Positions 1 through 10,004 of a DNA stretch of 64,000 nucleotides are shown piece by piece; position 1 is the stretch's first letter; the number at the start of each line of letters is the position of its first letter. The notes below the pieces were generated by a model, which saw nothing but the letters and a program-made list of their open reading frames with translations, searched no databases and was not told where the DNA came from. The position numbers and the translations under genes were made by a program. This stretch comes from Alphaproteobacteria bacterium (GTDB lineage Bacteria; Pseudomonadota; Alphaproteobacteria; UBA828): contig CBDCRW010000006.1 in NCBI GenBank assembly GCA_965221125.1, forward strand, positions 704,001 to 768,000, given 5' to 3'.

Positions 1-640
1 CAGAATATCGAACGGTGTGTGTTGACACTTGCAAGCGGACCATAAGGACAACAGGTCGTATCTTTTGAAGCGATTGAGGAAATTCGCGCAACCCCTTTAC
101 CGCCGTACGAATCCCAAGTGCGGTTGCAGGCGACATGGCGGCAGGCTCGGGCATCCTCATCGCCGCTCCAGCAAAGATGTGCCACTTCGTAACCGTGCTG
201 GATTTGGGCTCGATTGCTCCGACCAATGCGGGGCAACTGCAGTCCAGTCGAATTCGGCCGGTCCAGAAATGAGCAGCAAGAGAGAACAAGCGACGACTCG
301 CTCGCAGCGAACCTTATGAGAGCAGATTCTGGGTTGAACAAAAATGTGATTAGCACCCTCTTCGCAGGGCTGCTAAACTTTGTTGGCGGTGGTATGAAGC
401 GCATCGTGCACTACGCCACGTCAAATCGATGACACCACAATAGCCCGGCACACGTCGGTAAAGTAGTGACGGGCGCTCCCGCCGAACGCGGTTGCAGGGA
501 CTCCGAAACGACCGGTCGGCCTCCACATCACCGTGCACCCGACTCGGACGCCGGGCGCGGCGGATTGTCGTCAGGCTGCCGGAGGCGAGGAGGCAGGCTC
601 CCGCCGGGTCAGCGCGGATGAGCGGCCCGAAGCGGTGCGC

Positions 641-1066
641 TCAGCTCGGCGAGGCGCCGTGGATGCGGCCCAGCAGCGGGCTCTGATGCCAGCAGACCTG
701 CCGCCAGACCCCGTCGCCGTGGTACCAGGTCTGGGTAAAGCCCATGAAGCGCTGACGGAAGCCCGAGTCGCGCGGCTTGCCGCGAAAGGTCGAGAAGCCG
801 CTGACATGGCCGGTGGTTCCCCACACTCTGACGTTGAGTTCCCGCGGGATCCACTTGAAATGCTCCCACAGCCCGTCGCCACCCGCGTGGAAGTCGATAT
901 GATCCTTGAACTCCCCCAGCGTCATCCGCCAGGGATAGTCCTCGTCGAGGATTTCGGCGCCGTCGTCGAAGGCGCTCCAGAAGGCGTCGAGGTCGCCCTC
1001 GTTGAGCCCGCGCGCCCAAGCGTGAAAGGCAGCCTCCAATCCCTCCGGCGTGGCATCCTGCGTCAT
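641..1066 (-). CDS. NTF2-like/SnoaL-like (DUF4440-type) small protein
   Basis: 141 aa; N-terminal helix (AFHAWARGLNEGDLDAF), alternating beta strands, C-terminal W...WHQS typical of the NTF2/SnoaL fold; GGAGGAG RBS upstream. Confidence 0.75.
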   Translation of the reverse strand: MTQDATPEGLEAAFHAWARGLNEGDLDAFWSAFDDGAEILDEDYPWRMTLGEFKDHIDFHAGGDGLWEHFKWIPRELNVRVWGTTGHVSGFSTFRGKPRDSGFRQRFMGFTQTWYHGDGVWRQVCWHQSPLLGRIHGASPS

Positions 1067-1201
1067 CGTTCCCCTCCTCCGGCCGTGTGGCGTCCGTGTC
1101 CGTTCACCGCATCATATCCCCTGGAGAAGCGCCATCGCACGGGCGATCATCACCCTTCCCGCCCTCTGCGGCGGTCCGCAGCCTGACGACGGCGTGTCCT
1201 C

Positions 1202-1810
1202 ATGACCAGGGAAAAACGGGTCGTCTTCACCGTCGGGCACTCCAACCATTCGCTGGAGACCTTCCTGGCGCTGCTGCTGCAACACGGCGTCACCGCGCTC
1301 GCCGACGTGCGCTCGGCCCCCTATAGCCGCTTCAATCCGCAGTTCAACCGCAAGGCCCTCGACGCGAGCCTGGAGGCGGTCGGCATCAGGTACGTGTTCA
1401 TGGGGCGTGCGCTCGGCGGACGACCGGACGATCCCTCCTGCTACGAGGACGGACGCGTTCGCTACGACCGCCTGGCCGGGACGCCCCTCTTTCGCGAGGG
1501 CCTCGAGCGGATCGTGGACGGCGCGGGACGCGAGCGCATCGCGCTGATGTGCGCGGAGAAGGAGCCGCTGGACTGCCACCGCACGATCCTGGTCGGCCGC
1601 AGCCTGGCGGAGCGTGGCGTTGCCGTGGCGCACATCCTCGCCGACGGCGCGCTCGAGCCGCACGACGAGACGATGGGCCGGCTGCTGGACTCGGCGGGAC
1701 TGCCCCGGCAGGACCTCCTGCAATCGCGCGAGCAACTGATCGAGGACGCCCTCGCCCACCGGGAGAGGCGGATCGCCCACGCCGGCAAGCCCGCCACGCC
1801 GCGTCGATGA
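1202..1810 (+). CDS. DUF488 family protein
   Basis: Motifs FTVGHSN, LADVRSAPYSR, ALGGRP, LMCAEKEPLDCHR. Confidence 0.9.
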   Translation: MTREKRVVFTVGHSNHSLETFLALLLQHGVTALADVRSAPYSRFNPQFNRKALDASLEAVGIRYVFMGRALGGRPDDPSCYEDGRVRYDRLAGTPLFREGLERIVDGAGRERIALMCAEKEPLDCHRTILVGRSLAERGVAVAHILADGALEPHDETMGRLLDSAGLPRQDLLQSREQLIEDALAHRERRIAHAGKPATPRR

Positions 1811-1849
1811 CGGCGGGACGATGCTTTTCCGGCTCGGCGGCCGGGGCGC

Positions 1850-1878
1850 TTGCAGGGCGCAGTGCACACTCCTATTGT
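1850..1878 (+). promoter_or_regulatory. Sigma70-like promoter for tRNA-Gly
   Basis: TTGCAG-N17-TATTGT ending 10 nt before the tRNA. Confidence 0.6.
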
Positions 1879-1888
1879 TTTCGTGTGA

Positions 1889-1962
1889 GCGGGTGTAGCT
1901 CAATGGCAGAGCAGAAGCTTCCCAAGCTTACGACGAGGGTTCGATTCCCTTCACCCGCTCCA
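1889..1962 (+). tRNA. tRNA-Gly (CCC)
   Basis: GCGGGTG/CACCCGC acceptor stem, D-loop AGCTCAATGG, anticodon loop TT-CCC-AA, GGTTCGATT T-loop, encoded CCA. Confidence 0.97.
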
Positions 1963-2010
1963 TGCCGCGCCCGGCCTGCGTAGCCAGCCCGCCCAGCGGC
2001 TGAGGACGCG

Positions 2011-3216
2011 ATGTCCGACCGCTCCCGCATTCTCTTCATCAACGTCGGGCACGGCCTCGACCACCTCTTCCTGCTGCTCTACCCCACGGTGGTGCTCACC
2101 CTCGAAGGGGTGTTCGGCCGCTCCTACGGCGAGCTTCTCTCGCTCGCGGTCCCCGGCTTCATCGCCTTTGCCGCGGGCACGCTGCCGGCCGGCTGGCTGG
2201 GCGATCGCTGGAGCCGGCCCGGGATGCTCGCGATCTTCTTCGTCGGCATCGGTGCTTCGGCCATCCTCACTGGCTTCGCCCGCACGCCGTTCGAGCTTGC
2301 GGTCGGTCTCACCTTGATCGGCCTGTTCGCGTCGATCTATCACCCGGTCGGCATCGCCATGCTGGTCGAGGGGCGCAGCAAGGTGGGCAAGCTGCTCGGC
2401 GTCAACGGCGTGGCCGGGAACCTCGGCCTCGCGGCGGCGGCGATCGTCGCGGCGTCGCTCAGCGATGCGATCAGCTGGCGCGCGGCGTTCATCGTGCCGG
2501 GCGCGTTCACGCTGATGATCGGCATCTGGTTCATCGCGGCCTGCCGGCAATGGCACAACAGCGGGGCGGAATCGACCCGGCCCTCGCTCGGCAGGAGCTG
2601 GGGGCGGCCGTCCGGCACCCTTCTGCGTCTGGTGCTCGTGATCGGCGTGGCGACGGCGCTCACCGGGCTCACCTTCCAGACCACGACCATCGCGCTGCCG
2701 AAACTGTTCGACGACGGGCTGGCCGGAATCGCCGACGGCGCGCTCGGCGTCGGCGCGCTGGTCTCCCTGGTCATCGCCATCGCCGCCTTCGCCCAAATCG
2801 GAGTCGGCTGGCTGATCGACCGCTACCCGGCGAAGCCGGTCTGGATCGCCGTGCTCTTCGCCCAGGCGCCGCTGATCGCCGCCGCCGGCGTGCTGGCGGG
2901 CCACGGGCTGATCGTCGTGGCACTCGCCATGATGATGGTCGTGGTCGGCGAGATCCCGATTCAGGACGCGCTCGTCACGCGGTACACGGCCGAGAAGTGG
3001 CGCGCGCGAATCTTCGGCATCAAGTTCCTGCTGGGCCTTGGCGCGAGCGCCGTGGCAGCACCGCTGGTGGCGGGCCTGCACGGCATCTCCGGCGGCTTCC
3101 TCTGGCTCTTCGTCGGGCTCGGCGGCTCGGCGGCGCTGGTCGGCATCATCGCCTTCTGGCTGCCGGGAAGCGCGGCCGGCGCGCCGCAGCAGGCGGCGGC
3201 CAAGGTCGGGGCCTGA
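2011..3216 (+). CDS. MFS transporter
   Basis: 401 aa, about 12 hydrophobic segments, motif A GWLGDRWSR, repeated as GWLIDRY. Confidence 0.9.
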   Translation: MSDRSRILFINVGHGLDHLFLLLYPTVVLTLEGVFGRSYGELLSLAVPGFIAFAAGTLPAGWLGDRWSRPGMLAIFFVGIGASAILTGFARTPFELAVGLTLIGLFASIYHPVGIAMLVEGRSKVGKLLGVNGVAGNLGLAAAAIVAASLSDAISWRAAFIVPGAFTLMIGIWFIAACRQWHNSGAESTRPSLGRSWGRPSGTLLRLVLVIGVATALTGLTFQTTTIALPKLFDDGLAGIADGALGVGALVSLVIAIAAFAQIGVGWLIDRYPAKPVWIAVLFAQAPLIAAAGVLAGHGLIVVALAMMMVVVGEIPIQDALVTRYTAEKWRARIFGIKFLLGLGASAVAAPLVAGLHGISGGFLWLFVGLGGSAALVGIIAFWLPGSAAGAPQQAAAKVGA

Positions 3217-3366
3217 AGCGGCGGAATTCATGTCCGCTTTGCTGTTGCGTTCCGTGCGCTGCCCTATGCTAAGCTCGCATCCACGACGTACACATGCGGC
3301 CGGCGCGGCTCCCCGCCCGCCGGAAGCAGGACGGCCCTCGAACCAAACGCAATGGGAGGCGGCTCG

Positions 3367-4767
3367 ATGGAGTGGTTTCACAAGAGGAAGCAGACGAAGA
3401 AGCAGAAGTTCGACGAGGAGATGAAGGCCAAGGGGGGTATCGTCGACCCGTTGAACCCGTCGCGGCGCGGCTTCATGTCGATGGCCGGCACCGCCGCCAT
3501 CGGCGCGATGGGCGTGGCCGGAGCCAACACCCTGGTCGCGCTCAACAACGGCGCCAAGGCCGACGGCGAGCCGATCCCGGTGGGTGCAATGCTGCCCTTC
3601 ACCGGTTGGGGCGCGGACGATGCGCGGAACTTCGAGGCCGCCATCACGCTCGCGGTCGAGGAGATCAACGAATACGGCGGCGTCCTGGGCCGGCCTATCG
3701 AGGTCCACTACGAGGACACCAAGGAGATCACCGCCGAGACCGTGACCTCGGCGGCGCGGCGCCTGATCGACCGGCACGAGGTGCATGCCATCGTCAACGG
3801 CTACAACACGCTGTCGGTCCGGGCCGAGTACGACACCATTGCGGATGCAGGGATTCCCTACATCCACGACAACACCCAGTACGGTCACCAGTTCGCGGTC
3901 AAGGACAACTTCGACCGCTACTATTGCATCTTCCAGGACGACCCGTCCGAGTACTACTACGGCTCGGGCCTGATCTACTTCCTGGACGAGCTCGAGAAGC
4001 GCGGCAAGTGGAAGCGGCCCAACAACAGGTTTGTGCTCTTCTCGGGCAGCATCGACTACGCGACCACCATCGCGGCCGCCGTGCGCGACACGGCCCCGCA
4101 GTTCGGCTGGGAGCTCGCGATCGACGACGTCGTGACCCAGCCCGTCGATGACTGGGGCCCGGCCCTGGTGCGCGCGCGCGAGGCCGACCCCGCCATCATT
4201 GCGGCGACCCACGGCTTCCCGAGCGATCAGACCGGCCTGGTGACGGGCTTCGCCGAGAACCCGACCAACAGCCTGCTCTACGTGCAGTACGCGCTGCAGC
4301 TGCGGGCCTTCCTCGACATCGTCAAGGAGACCGGCGAGGGCGTGTTCTGCTCGACCACGATCGGCACCCTGCAGGACGAGATCGGCAACGCCTTTACCAA
4401 GAAGATCCGCGATCGCTGGGGTCAGGACATGAGCCCGTCGGTCGGCGGACAGGTCTACGACTCGTACTACCTGTGGGCGATCGCGGCCGCCCGTGCCGGC
4501 GGCACAGGCGTGCCCTACGACGGCATCGAGCAGAACAGGAAGGTGTGTCACTTCCTCCGCGAATCGATCTATCGCGGCGTGGTGGGCACCATCCGGTTCA
4601 TGTGGGGTCAGGCGGCAACGCCTTATCCGGCGGAGACCAACGATCCGTCGCTAGGCATGCCCACGATCATGATGCAGTGTCAGGACTGGACCAAGGACGT
4701 GGTCTACGTCGGGCCGTCGCCCTACGACACGGCGGACTGGCTGAACCCGCCGTGGCTCACCAGCTAG
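3367..4767 (+). CDS. ABC transporter substrate-binding protein (LivK/HAAT type), Tat signal
   Basis: SRRGFM twin-arginine motif; IPVGAMLPFTG; AVEEINEYGGVLGRPIE; GGAGG RBS before ATG 3367. Confidence 0.9.
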   Translation: MEWFHKRKQTKKQKFDEEMKAKGGIVDPLNPSRRGFMSMAGTAAIGAMGVAGANTLVALNNGAKADGEPIPVGAMLPFTGWGADDARNFEAAITLAVEEINEYGGVLGRPIEVHYEDTKEITAETVTSAARRLIDRHEVHAIVNGYNTLSVRAEYDTIADAGIPYIHDNTQYGHQFAVKDNFDRYYCIFQDDPSEYYYGSGLIYFLDELEKRGKWKRPNNRFVLFSGSIDYATTIAAAVRDTAPQFGWELAIDDVVTQPVDDWGPALVRAREADPAIIAATHGFPSDQTGLVTGFAENPTNSLLYVQYALQLRAFLDIVKETGEGVFCSTTIGTLQDEIGNAFTKKIRDRWGQDMSPSVGGQVYDSYYLWAIAAARAGGTGVPYDGIEQNRKVCHFLRESIYRGVVGTIRFMWGQAATPYPAETNDPSLGMPTIMMQCQDWTKDVVYVGPSPYDTADWLNPPWLTS

Positions 4768-4805
4768 GAACGGTCACCCCGAATACATAGAACACGGTTC
4801 AGGCA

Positions 4806-5612
4806 ATGGATTCGGGGGAACATGCACCGCTGCTGGCGTGCCGGAATGTCTTCAAGTATTTCGGCGCGCTGGCAGCGGTAAACGACTTCGATCTCGACGT
4901 TTACGCGGGGGACGTGGTCGGCATCGGCGGCCCGAACGGCGCCGGCAAGACCACCTTCCTCGACGTCATTTCCGGCATCAACTCCGCGACCAGCGGCGAG
5001 ATCAATCTGGAGGGGCGGGACATCTCGCGGGTTCGCCCCGATCTCATCTGCCATCGGGGCATGGCGCGGACCTTTCAGCTCAACGCCGGCTTTGATTCGC
5101 TCACGATCCGCGAGAACGTGCTGATCGGCTCGGCCTTCGGGCTCGGCGATCATGGCGTTCCGGCGGTGACCTTCTCGCGGGCCATGCGGGAGCGCGTGGA
5201 CCGTGCGCTTGAGCTGTGCCGGCTAACAGACCGCGCGCATGCGGTGGCCCGCGACGTGCCCGTGCTCGAGCGCAAGCTGCTGATGCTGGCAAGCGCAGTC
5301 GCGACCGAGCCCACGCTCCTCCTCATCGACGAGCCAGTGGGCGGACTCAACCCGCACGAGGTCGACGACGTGATGGAGATCGTCCTCGGCCTCGCCGCCG
5401 AGGGCATGACGATCATCCTGATCGAGCACGTGATGCGTTTCCTGCTGCAGGTCTCGACGCGGGTCGTCATCATGCACCACGGCGAGAAGATCTATGAGGG
5501 CGACACGCAGGGGCTGCTGAGCGATCGGCGCGTCGTCGAGGTCTACCTCGGCGAAGGCACGGCAGATCGCCTGCAGCACATGCTGGCGGATCGGGCGGGC
5601 GCCAATGGCTGA
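4806..5612 (+). CDS. ABC transporter ATP-binding protein (LivG-like)
   Basis: Walker A GPNGAGKTT, ARTFQ, LLLIDEP, IEHVM, EVYLG. Confidence 0.92.
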   Translation: MDSGEHAPLLACRNVFKYFGALAAVNDFDLDVYAGDVVGIGGPNGAGKTTFLDVISGINSATSGEINLEGRDISRVRPDLICHRGMARTFQLNAGFDSLTIRENVLIGSAFGLGDHGVPAVTFSRAMRERVDRALELCRLTDRAHAVARDVPVLERKLLMLASAVATEPTLLLIDEPVGGLNPHEVDDVMEIVLGLAAEGMTIILIEHVMRFLLQVSTRVVIMHHGEKIYEGDTQGLLSDRRVVEVYLGEGTADRLQHMLADRAGANG

Positions 5613-6321
5613 GGCGCTCCTCTCCGTTCAGAACCTGTACGCGGGGTACGAGGGACAGAGCGTCCTCAGGGACGTCTCCTTCGATGTGCCCGAAGGCGGG
5701 CTCATCACGATGCTCGGCCCCAACGGGCACGGCAAGACCACGCTGCTGCGCTGCATCGCCGGACTGCTCCGGCCGAGTGGCGGCCAGATCGAGTTCGCGG
5801 GACGGCGGATCGAAGGCGCCGAGGCGGAGACGGTGGTCGGGCTCGGCGTCGTCCTGATCCCCCAGGGCGACATGCTGTTCCCCGACATGAGCGTCTACGA
5901 CAACCTCAAGATGGGCGCCTACCTGCCCCGGGTGCGCAGGACCTTCGAGCAGGAGGTCGAGAGAATCTACGAAATCCTGCCCCGGCTGAAGGAGCGCACG
6001 ACGCAGCTCGCGCGCACGCTTTCCGGCGGCGAGCGCCGCATGCTGGCCATCGGCCGCGGCCTGCTGGCGGGCGGGCGCATCCTGATGATCGACGAGCCCT
6101 CGCTTGGCCTCGCGCCCATCGTCATCGACCAGATCTACGAGATCATCACGGACCTCAAGGAATCGGGCCGCACGATCCTGCTGGTGGAGGAGAACGCCAG
6201 CCGGATCATCGACCTCGCCGACCGCATCCACCTTCTCGATACCGGCCAGATCGTCTGGGCCGGCGACGGGGAGGAGCTTCACAATAACCAGCAGATCCTC
6301 GAGACCTATCTCGGCGGCTGA
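5605..6321 (+). CDS. ABC transporter ATP-binding protein (LivF-like)
   Basis: GPNGHGKTT, LSGGE, DEPSLGLAP, ends YLGG. Confidence 0.92.
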   Translation: MAEALLSVQNLYAGYEGQSVLRDVSFDVPEGGLITMLGPNGHGKTTLLRCIAGLLRPSGGQIEFAGRRIEGAEAETVVGLGVVLIPQGDMLFPDMSVYDNLKMGAYLPRVRRTFEQEVERIYEILPRLKERTTQLARTLSGGERRMLAIGRGLLAGGRILMIDEPSLGLAPIVIDQIYEIITDLKESGRTILLVEENASRIIDLADRIHLLDTGQIVWAGDGEELHNNQQILETYLGG

Positions 6322-6339
6322 CGGTATCGGGTACGCACA

Positions 6340-7233
6340 GTGAACTTCTTCGTCCAGATCATCGTCAGCGGACTGACCTTCGGCGCCATGTATGCGCTGG
6401 CGGCCGTGGGGCTCGCGCTCGTCTGGGGCGCGTTCAACATGCTCAACATGGCCCACGGCATCATCATGACGCTCGGCGCCTATTTCGTGCTCGTCTGGGC
6501 CGAAGGCTGGGGATTGCCGCTCTGGTTCGCGGGCCCCTTTGCCTTCCTCGCAGGCGGCCTGTTCGGCGCCGGGGTCTACTTCGTCTCCGCCCACTGGATG
6601 CTGCGGCAGAGGAACTTCGAGGTCACGATCATCATCGCGACCTTCGGCCTCGGCATGGCGCTGGAGGCCGGCTTGATGAAGATCCTGCGCGAGTGGTTCC
6701 ACGCCTCGCCCTACGCGCAGCCGCTCTCCATGGGCGCCGATTCGTTCCTCATCGGCGATGTCCCGGTCAGCTACCAGCGCCTCATCATCTGGGCCGTCGC
6801 TGTGGTGCTGATCGTCCTCGTCGCGCTCTTCCTCACGCGCACGACCATGGGCCGCGCCATCCGGGCGACAGCGCAGAACCGCGACGCCGCAAGGCTCATG
6901 GGCGTGAAGGTGAAGCGCGTCTACGTCATCGTGCTGGCGCTCGCCAGCGCGCTGGCGGGCGTCGCCGGCATCATGCTGAGCTCGTTCCGGGACGTCGTGC
7001 CGCTCATGGGCCAGACGCCCATGCTGAAGGCGTTCATCGTGATCGTGCTGGCGGGCCTCGGCAACATGACCGGCGCGCTCTATGCCGCGCTTCTGATCGG
7101 CATGGTGGAAGCGGCGGTGAAGGTGCTTGTGGCCGACAAGTGGGGCTTCCTCGCCATGCTCGTCGTGGTGGTGATCGCGATCATCTGGCGCCCGGCCGGC
7201 CTCTTCGGCAAGCACCAGATCGCGCGGCAGTGA
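6340..7233 (+). CDS. Branched-chain amino acid-type ABC permease (LivH-like)
   Basis: YALAAVGLALVWG..NMAHG, GRAIRATAQN, RPAGLFG. Confidence 0.9.
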   Translation: MNFFVQIIVSGLTFGAMYALAAVGLALVWGAFNMLNMAHGIIMTLGAYFVLVWAEGWGLPLWFAGPFAFLAGGLFGAGVYFVSAHWMLRQRNFEVTIIIATFGLGMALEAGLMKILREWFHASPYAQPLSMGADSFLIGDVPVSYQRLIIWAVAVVLIVLVALFLTRTTMGRAIRATAQNRDAARLMGVKVKRVYVIVLALASALAGVAGIMLSSFRDVVPLMGQTPMLKAFIVIVLAGLGNMTGALYAALLIGMVEAAVKVLVADKWGFLAMLVVVVIAIIWRPAGLFGKHQIARQ

Positions 7234-7243
7234 AGGCGACGAG

Positions 7244-8302
7244 ATGAAGACCCGCGATTACGTCATCTTCGCCATTCTGCTGGCGGTGGCTGCGGCATTC
7301 CCCTTCATGGGGGTGCCGCGCTACATCATCGCGAGCACGTTGCTGCTCTTCTGCTACGCGACCGTGGTCAGCCAGTGGAACCTGGTGTTCGGCATCGCCG
7401 GCATCTTCTCGCTGGCGCAGCTTGCGATCTTCGCCTTCGGCGCCTACTCGACGGCATTGATGGGCCGCTACCTGGACTGGAGCCTGTGGCCCACGTTCCC
7501 CATTGCGGGCGCCGCGGGCGTCATTTTCAGCATCTTCATCGGCCTCGCGTGCTTGCGGATGCGCGGCATCTACGTGGCCCTGCTGACACTGGCCATCTCG
7601 CAGACCATGTTCGTGCTGATCCAGACCGATTCAGACTGCAGCGAGCTGAACAAGGCGATCAACCCGTCGACCTGCGTGGCCTTCACCGGCGGCCCGCAGG
7701 GGCTTGGCGACTTCGGCACTTTCGGCTGGCGCGAGGTGCTGGGCGGGCGCAACTGGATGATGGGCGACTACTACACGATGCTGGGCCTCCTTATCGTGGC
7801 GCTGGTCTTCACGGTGGCGATGACGCAGAGCCGCATCGGCCTCGCCTTCAAGGCGCTCCGCGACAACGAGGAGCTTGCCACCTCGCGCGGGGTCAGCGTC
7901 TTCAAGTACCAGCTCATCGTCTTCGCGGCCTCGGCCTTCCTGACCTCCATGGCCGGCGCCTTCTACGCCGCCCACTTCGGCTCGGTCGGCACGAACCTCG
8001 TCTCCTTCCCGCTGCTGCTCTTCCTGATCTCGATGCTGGTCGTCGGCGGTATCGGACGCACCTGGGGGCCGCTGCTCGGCGCCGGATTGCTGATGGTGGC
8101 GGACGAGTTCTTCAAGGAGTTCTCCGACCTGCGCAATATCGGCCTTGGGCTGGTGGTCCTGCTCTTCATGATCTTCCTGCCCGAGGGCGTCGCCGGCGCG
8201 ATCGAATCGGTCTGCAAGCGCATCCAGCGAATCGCCTTGGTCCAACGCATCGAACGGCAGTTGGCCGGGGCGCTTAGACGAGACTCGGCCGCGCCCAAAT
8301 AG
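7244..8302 (+). CDS. Branched-chain amino acid-type ABC permease (LivM-like)
   Basis: WNLVFGIAGIFSLAQ, RMRGIYVALLT, KALRDNE, LPEG. Confidence 0.9.
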   Translation: MKTRDYVIFAILLAVAAAFPFMGVPRYIIASTLLLFCYATVVSQWNLVFGIAGIFSLAQLAIFAFGAYSTALMGRYLDWSLWPTFPIAGAAGVIFSIFIGLACLRMRGIYVALLTLAISQTMFVLIQTDSDCSELNKAINPSTCVAFTGGPQGLGDFGTFGWREVLGGRNWMMGDYYTMLGLLIVALVFTVAMTQSRIGLAFKALRDNEELATSRGVSVFKYQLIVFAASAFLTSMAGAFYAAHFGSVGTNLVSFPLLLFLISMLVVGGIGRTWGPLLGAGLLMVADEFFKEFSDLRNIGLGLVVLLFMIFLPEGVAGAIESVCKRIQRIALVQRIERQLAGALRRDSAAPK

Positions 8303-8323
8303 CCTCGCCGCGGAACGGACGCG

Positions 8324-10000
8324 ATGACGCGCCGACCACACCGCGCACACACCGCCGTCAGCATTCTGGCCTCGCTCCTATGGGCCGGCGGCCTCGCCGC
8401 CGCCGGGAGCGCCGGCGCGGACGATCCGCAAGCGCCGCGCTTCGTCGATGTCGCCGTCGAAGCAGGCGTGGAGCACGCATACACCGGCGATTGGATCCAC
8501 TATGTGGGCGGCGGTGTCGCCGCCTTCGATTGCGACGCGGACGGCGATCCCGACCTCTTCCTCGCGGGCGGCGCGTCGCCGTCCACGCTCCATCGCAACG
8601 AGAGCCAGCCGGGTACGCCCCGCTTCTCCGCAGTGGAAGGCAGCGCGCTCGCCGAGACCGGCGCGACCGGCGCCTATCCGCTGGATGTCGACGGCGATGG
8701 CGTGATGGACCTCGCCGTGCTGCGGCAAGGCGCGAACAGGCTCTACCGCGGGCTCGGCGACTGCCGCTTCGCCGATGCCGGCGCGGCCTGGGGCGTGGAC
8801 GGCGGCGACGGCTGGACCACCGCCTTCAGCGCCGCCTGGGAAGGCGGCAACTGGCTGCCGACGCTCGCCTTCGGCAACTACGTCGACCGCGACATGTGGA
8901 ACGCCATGCACCTGCCCTTCGGCGACTCGGCCACCGGCGCTGGGCCGACGGCGGCGTGTCCGGACAACGTCCTGTTCCGCCCGGCCGGCCCGGATGCGGC
9001 GACCTACGCGCCCGCGATCGTGCTCAGCCCCGGCCACTGCCCGCTCTCGATGCTGTTCACCGACTGGAGCCGCGCAGGCCGGCCAGATCTACTGGTCAGC
9101 AACGACCGCTTCTATCACGAGGACACGGGCGAGGAGCAGCTCTGGCACCTCGGCGCCGAGCACCTGGGCGCCCGGCCCAGGCTCTACGGGCGCGCCGACG
9201 GGTGGCAGCGCCTTCGCATCTGGGGCATGGGGATCGCCAGCCACGACGTCACTGGCGACGGGCTGCCGGACTACTTCCTCTCGAACATGGGAGCGAACCG
9301 GCTGCGCACGCTGGCGCCCGGCAGCACCGGCAAGCCCGACTTCCGCGAGGTCGCCTTCGACCACGGCGTCGAGGCCACGCGCCCCCATGCGGGCGATGAC
9401 GAGCGGCCGTCCACGGCGTGGCATTCGCAGTTCGCCGACGTGAACAACGACGGCTGGATCGACCTCTTCGTCGCCAAGGGCAACGTGGAGGAGATGGAGG
9501 AGGCCGCGGCGGACGATCCGAACAACCTGCTGCTGGGCGGCCCCGGCGGGCGGTTTCGCGAAGCCTCGGTGGAGGCGGGCGCGGCCAGCATGCGCCGCAG
9601 CCGGGGCGGCGCGGTAGTCGACCTCGATCTCGATGGCCTGCTCGACATCGTCGTCGTGAACCGCGTGGCCAATGTCGAGATCCTGCACAACCGGAGCCGC
9701 GACATGGGCCACTGGCTCCAGCTCAAGCTGCGGCAGGAGGGCGCCAACCGGAACGCCGTCGGCGCCTGGATCGAGGTGCGCGCCCGAGGCCGCGTCCAGC
9801 GCCACGAGGTCGTGGTGGGCGGCGGCCACGTGAGCGGACAGGCGGGATGGATTCACGTGGGCCTGGGGCCGGCCGAGAGCGCCCAGGTTCGCGTGCAATG
9901 GCCGGACGGCGCCTGGAGCCCGTGGCAGCCGAGCGCCGCCAATCGCTTCCTGCTGATCGAGCGCGGGCGTACACTGGCCGCCGTGAGCCCGACCGGGTAG
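8324..10000 (+). CDS. CRTAC1-like secreted protein (FG-GAP/VCBS repeats + ASPIC/UnbV domain)
   Basis: Signal peptide; repeated DxDxDGxxDL Ca-binding motifs; C-terminal NRNAVGAWIEV...HVGLG...VQWPDG. Confidence 0.88.
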   Translation: MTRRPHRAHTAVSILASLLWAGGLAAAGSAGADDPQAPRFVDVAVEAGVEHAYTGDWIHYVGGGVAAFDCDADGDPDLFLAGGASPSTLHRNESQPGTPRFSAVEGSALAETGATGAYPLDVDGDGVMDLAVLRQGANRLYRGLGDCRFADAGAAWGVDGGDGWTTAFSAAWEGGNWLPTLAFGNYVDRDMWNAMHLPFGDSATGAGPTAACPDNVLFRPAGPDAATYAPAIVLSPGHCPLSMLFTDWSRAGRPDLLVSNDRFYHEDTGEEQLWHLGAEHLGARPRLYGRADGWQRLRIWGMGIASHDVTGDGLPDYFLSNMGANRLRTLAPGSTGKPDFREVAFDHGVEATRPHAGDDERPSTAWHSQFADVNNDGWIDLFVAKGNVEEMEEAAADDPNNLLLGGPGGRFREASVEAGAASMRRSRGGAVVDLDLDGLLDIVVVNRVANVEILHNRSRDMGHWLQLKLRQEGANRNAVGAWIEVRARGRVQRHEVVVGGGHVSGQAGWIHVGLGPAESAQVRVQWPDGAWSPWQPSAANRFLLIERGRTLAAVSPTG

Positions 10001-10004
10001 CGGC

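Noticed and set aside
1889-1962. tRNA-Gly or tRNA-Val as island integration sites
   Set aside because: No duplicated tRNA 3' end was seen by eye in the window and no integrase is adjacent.
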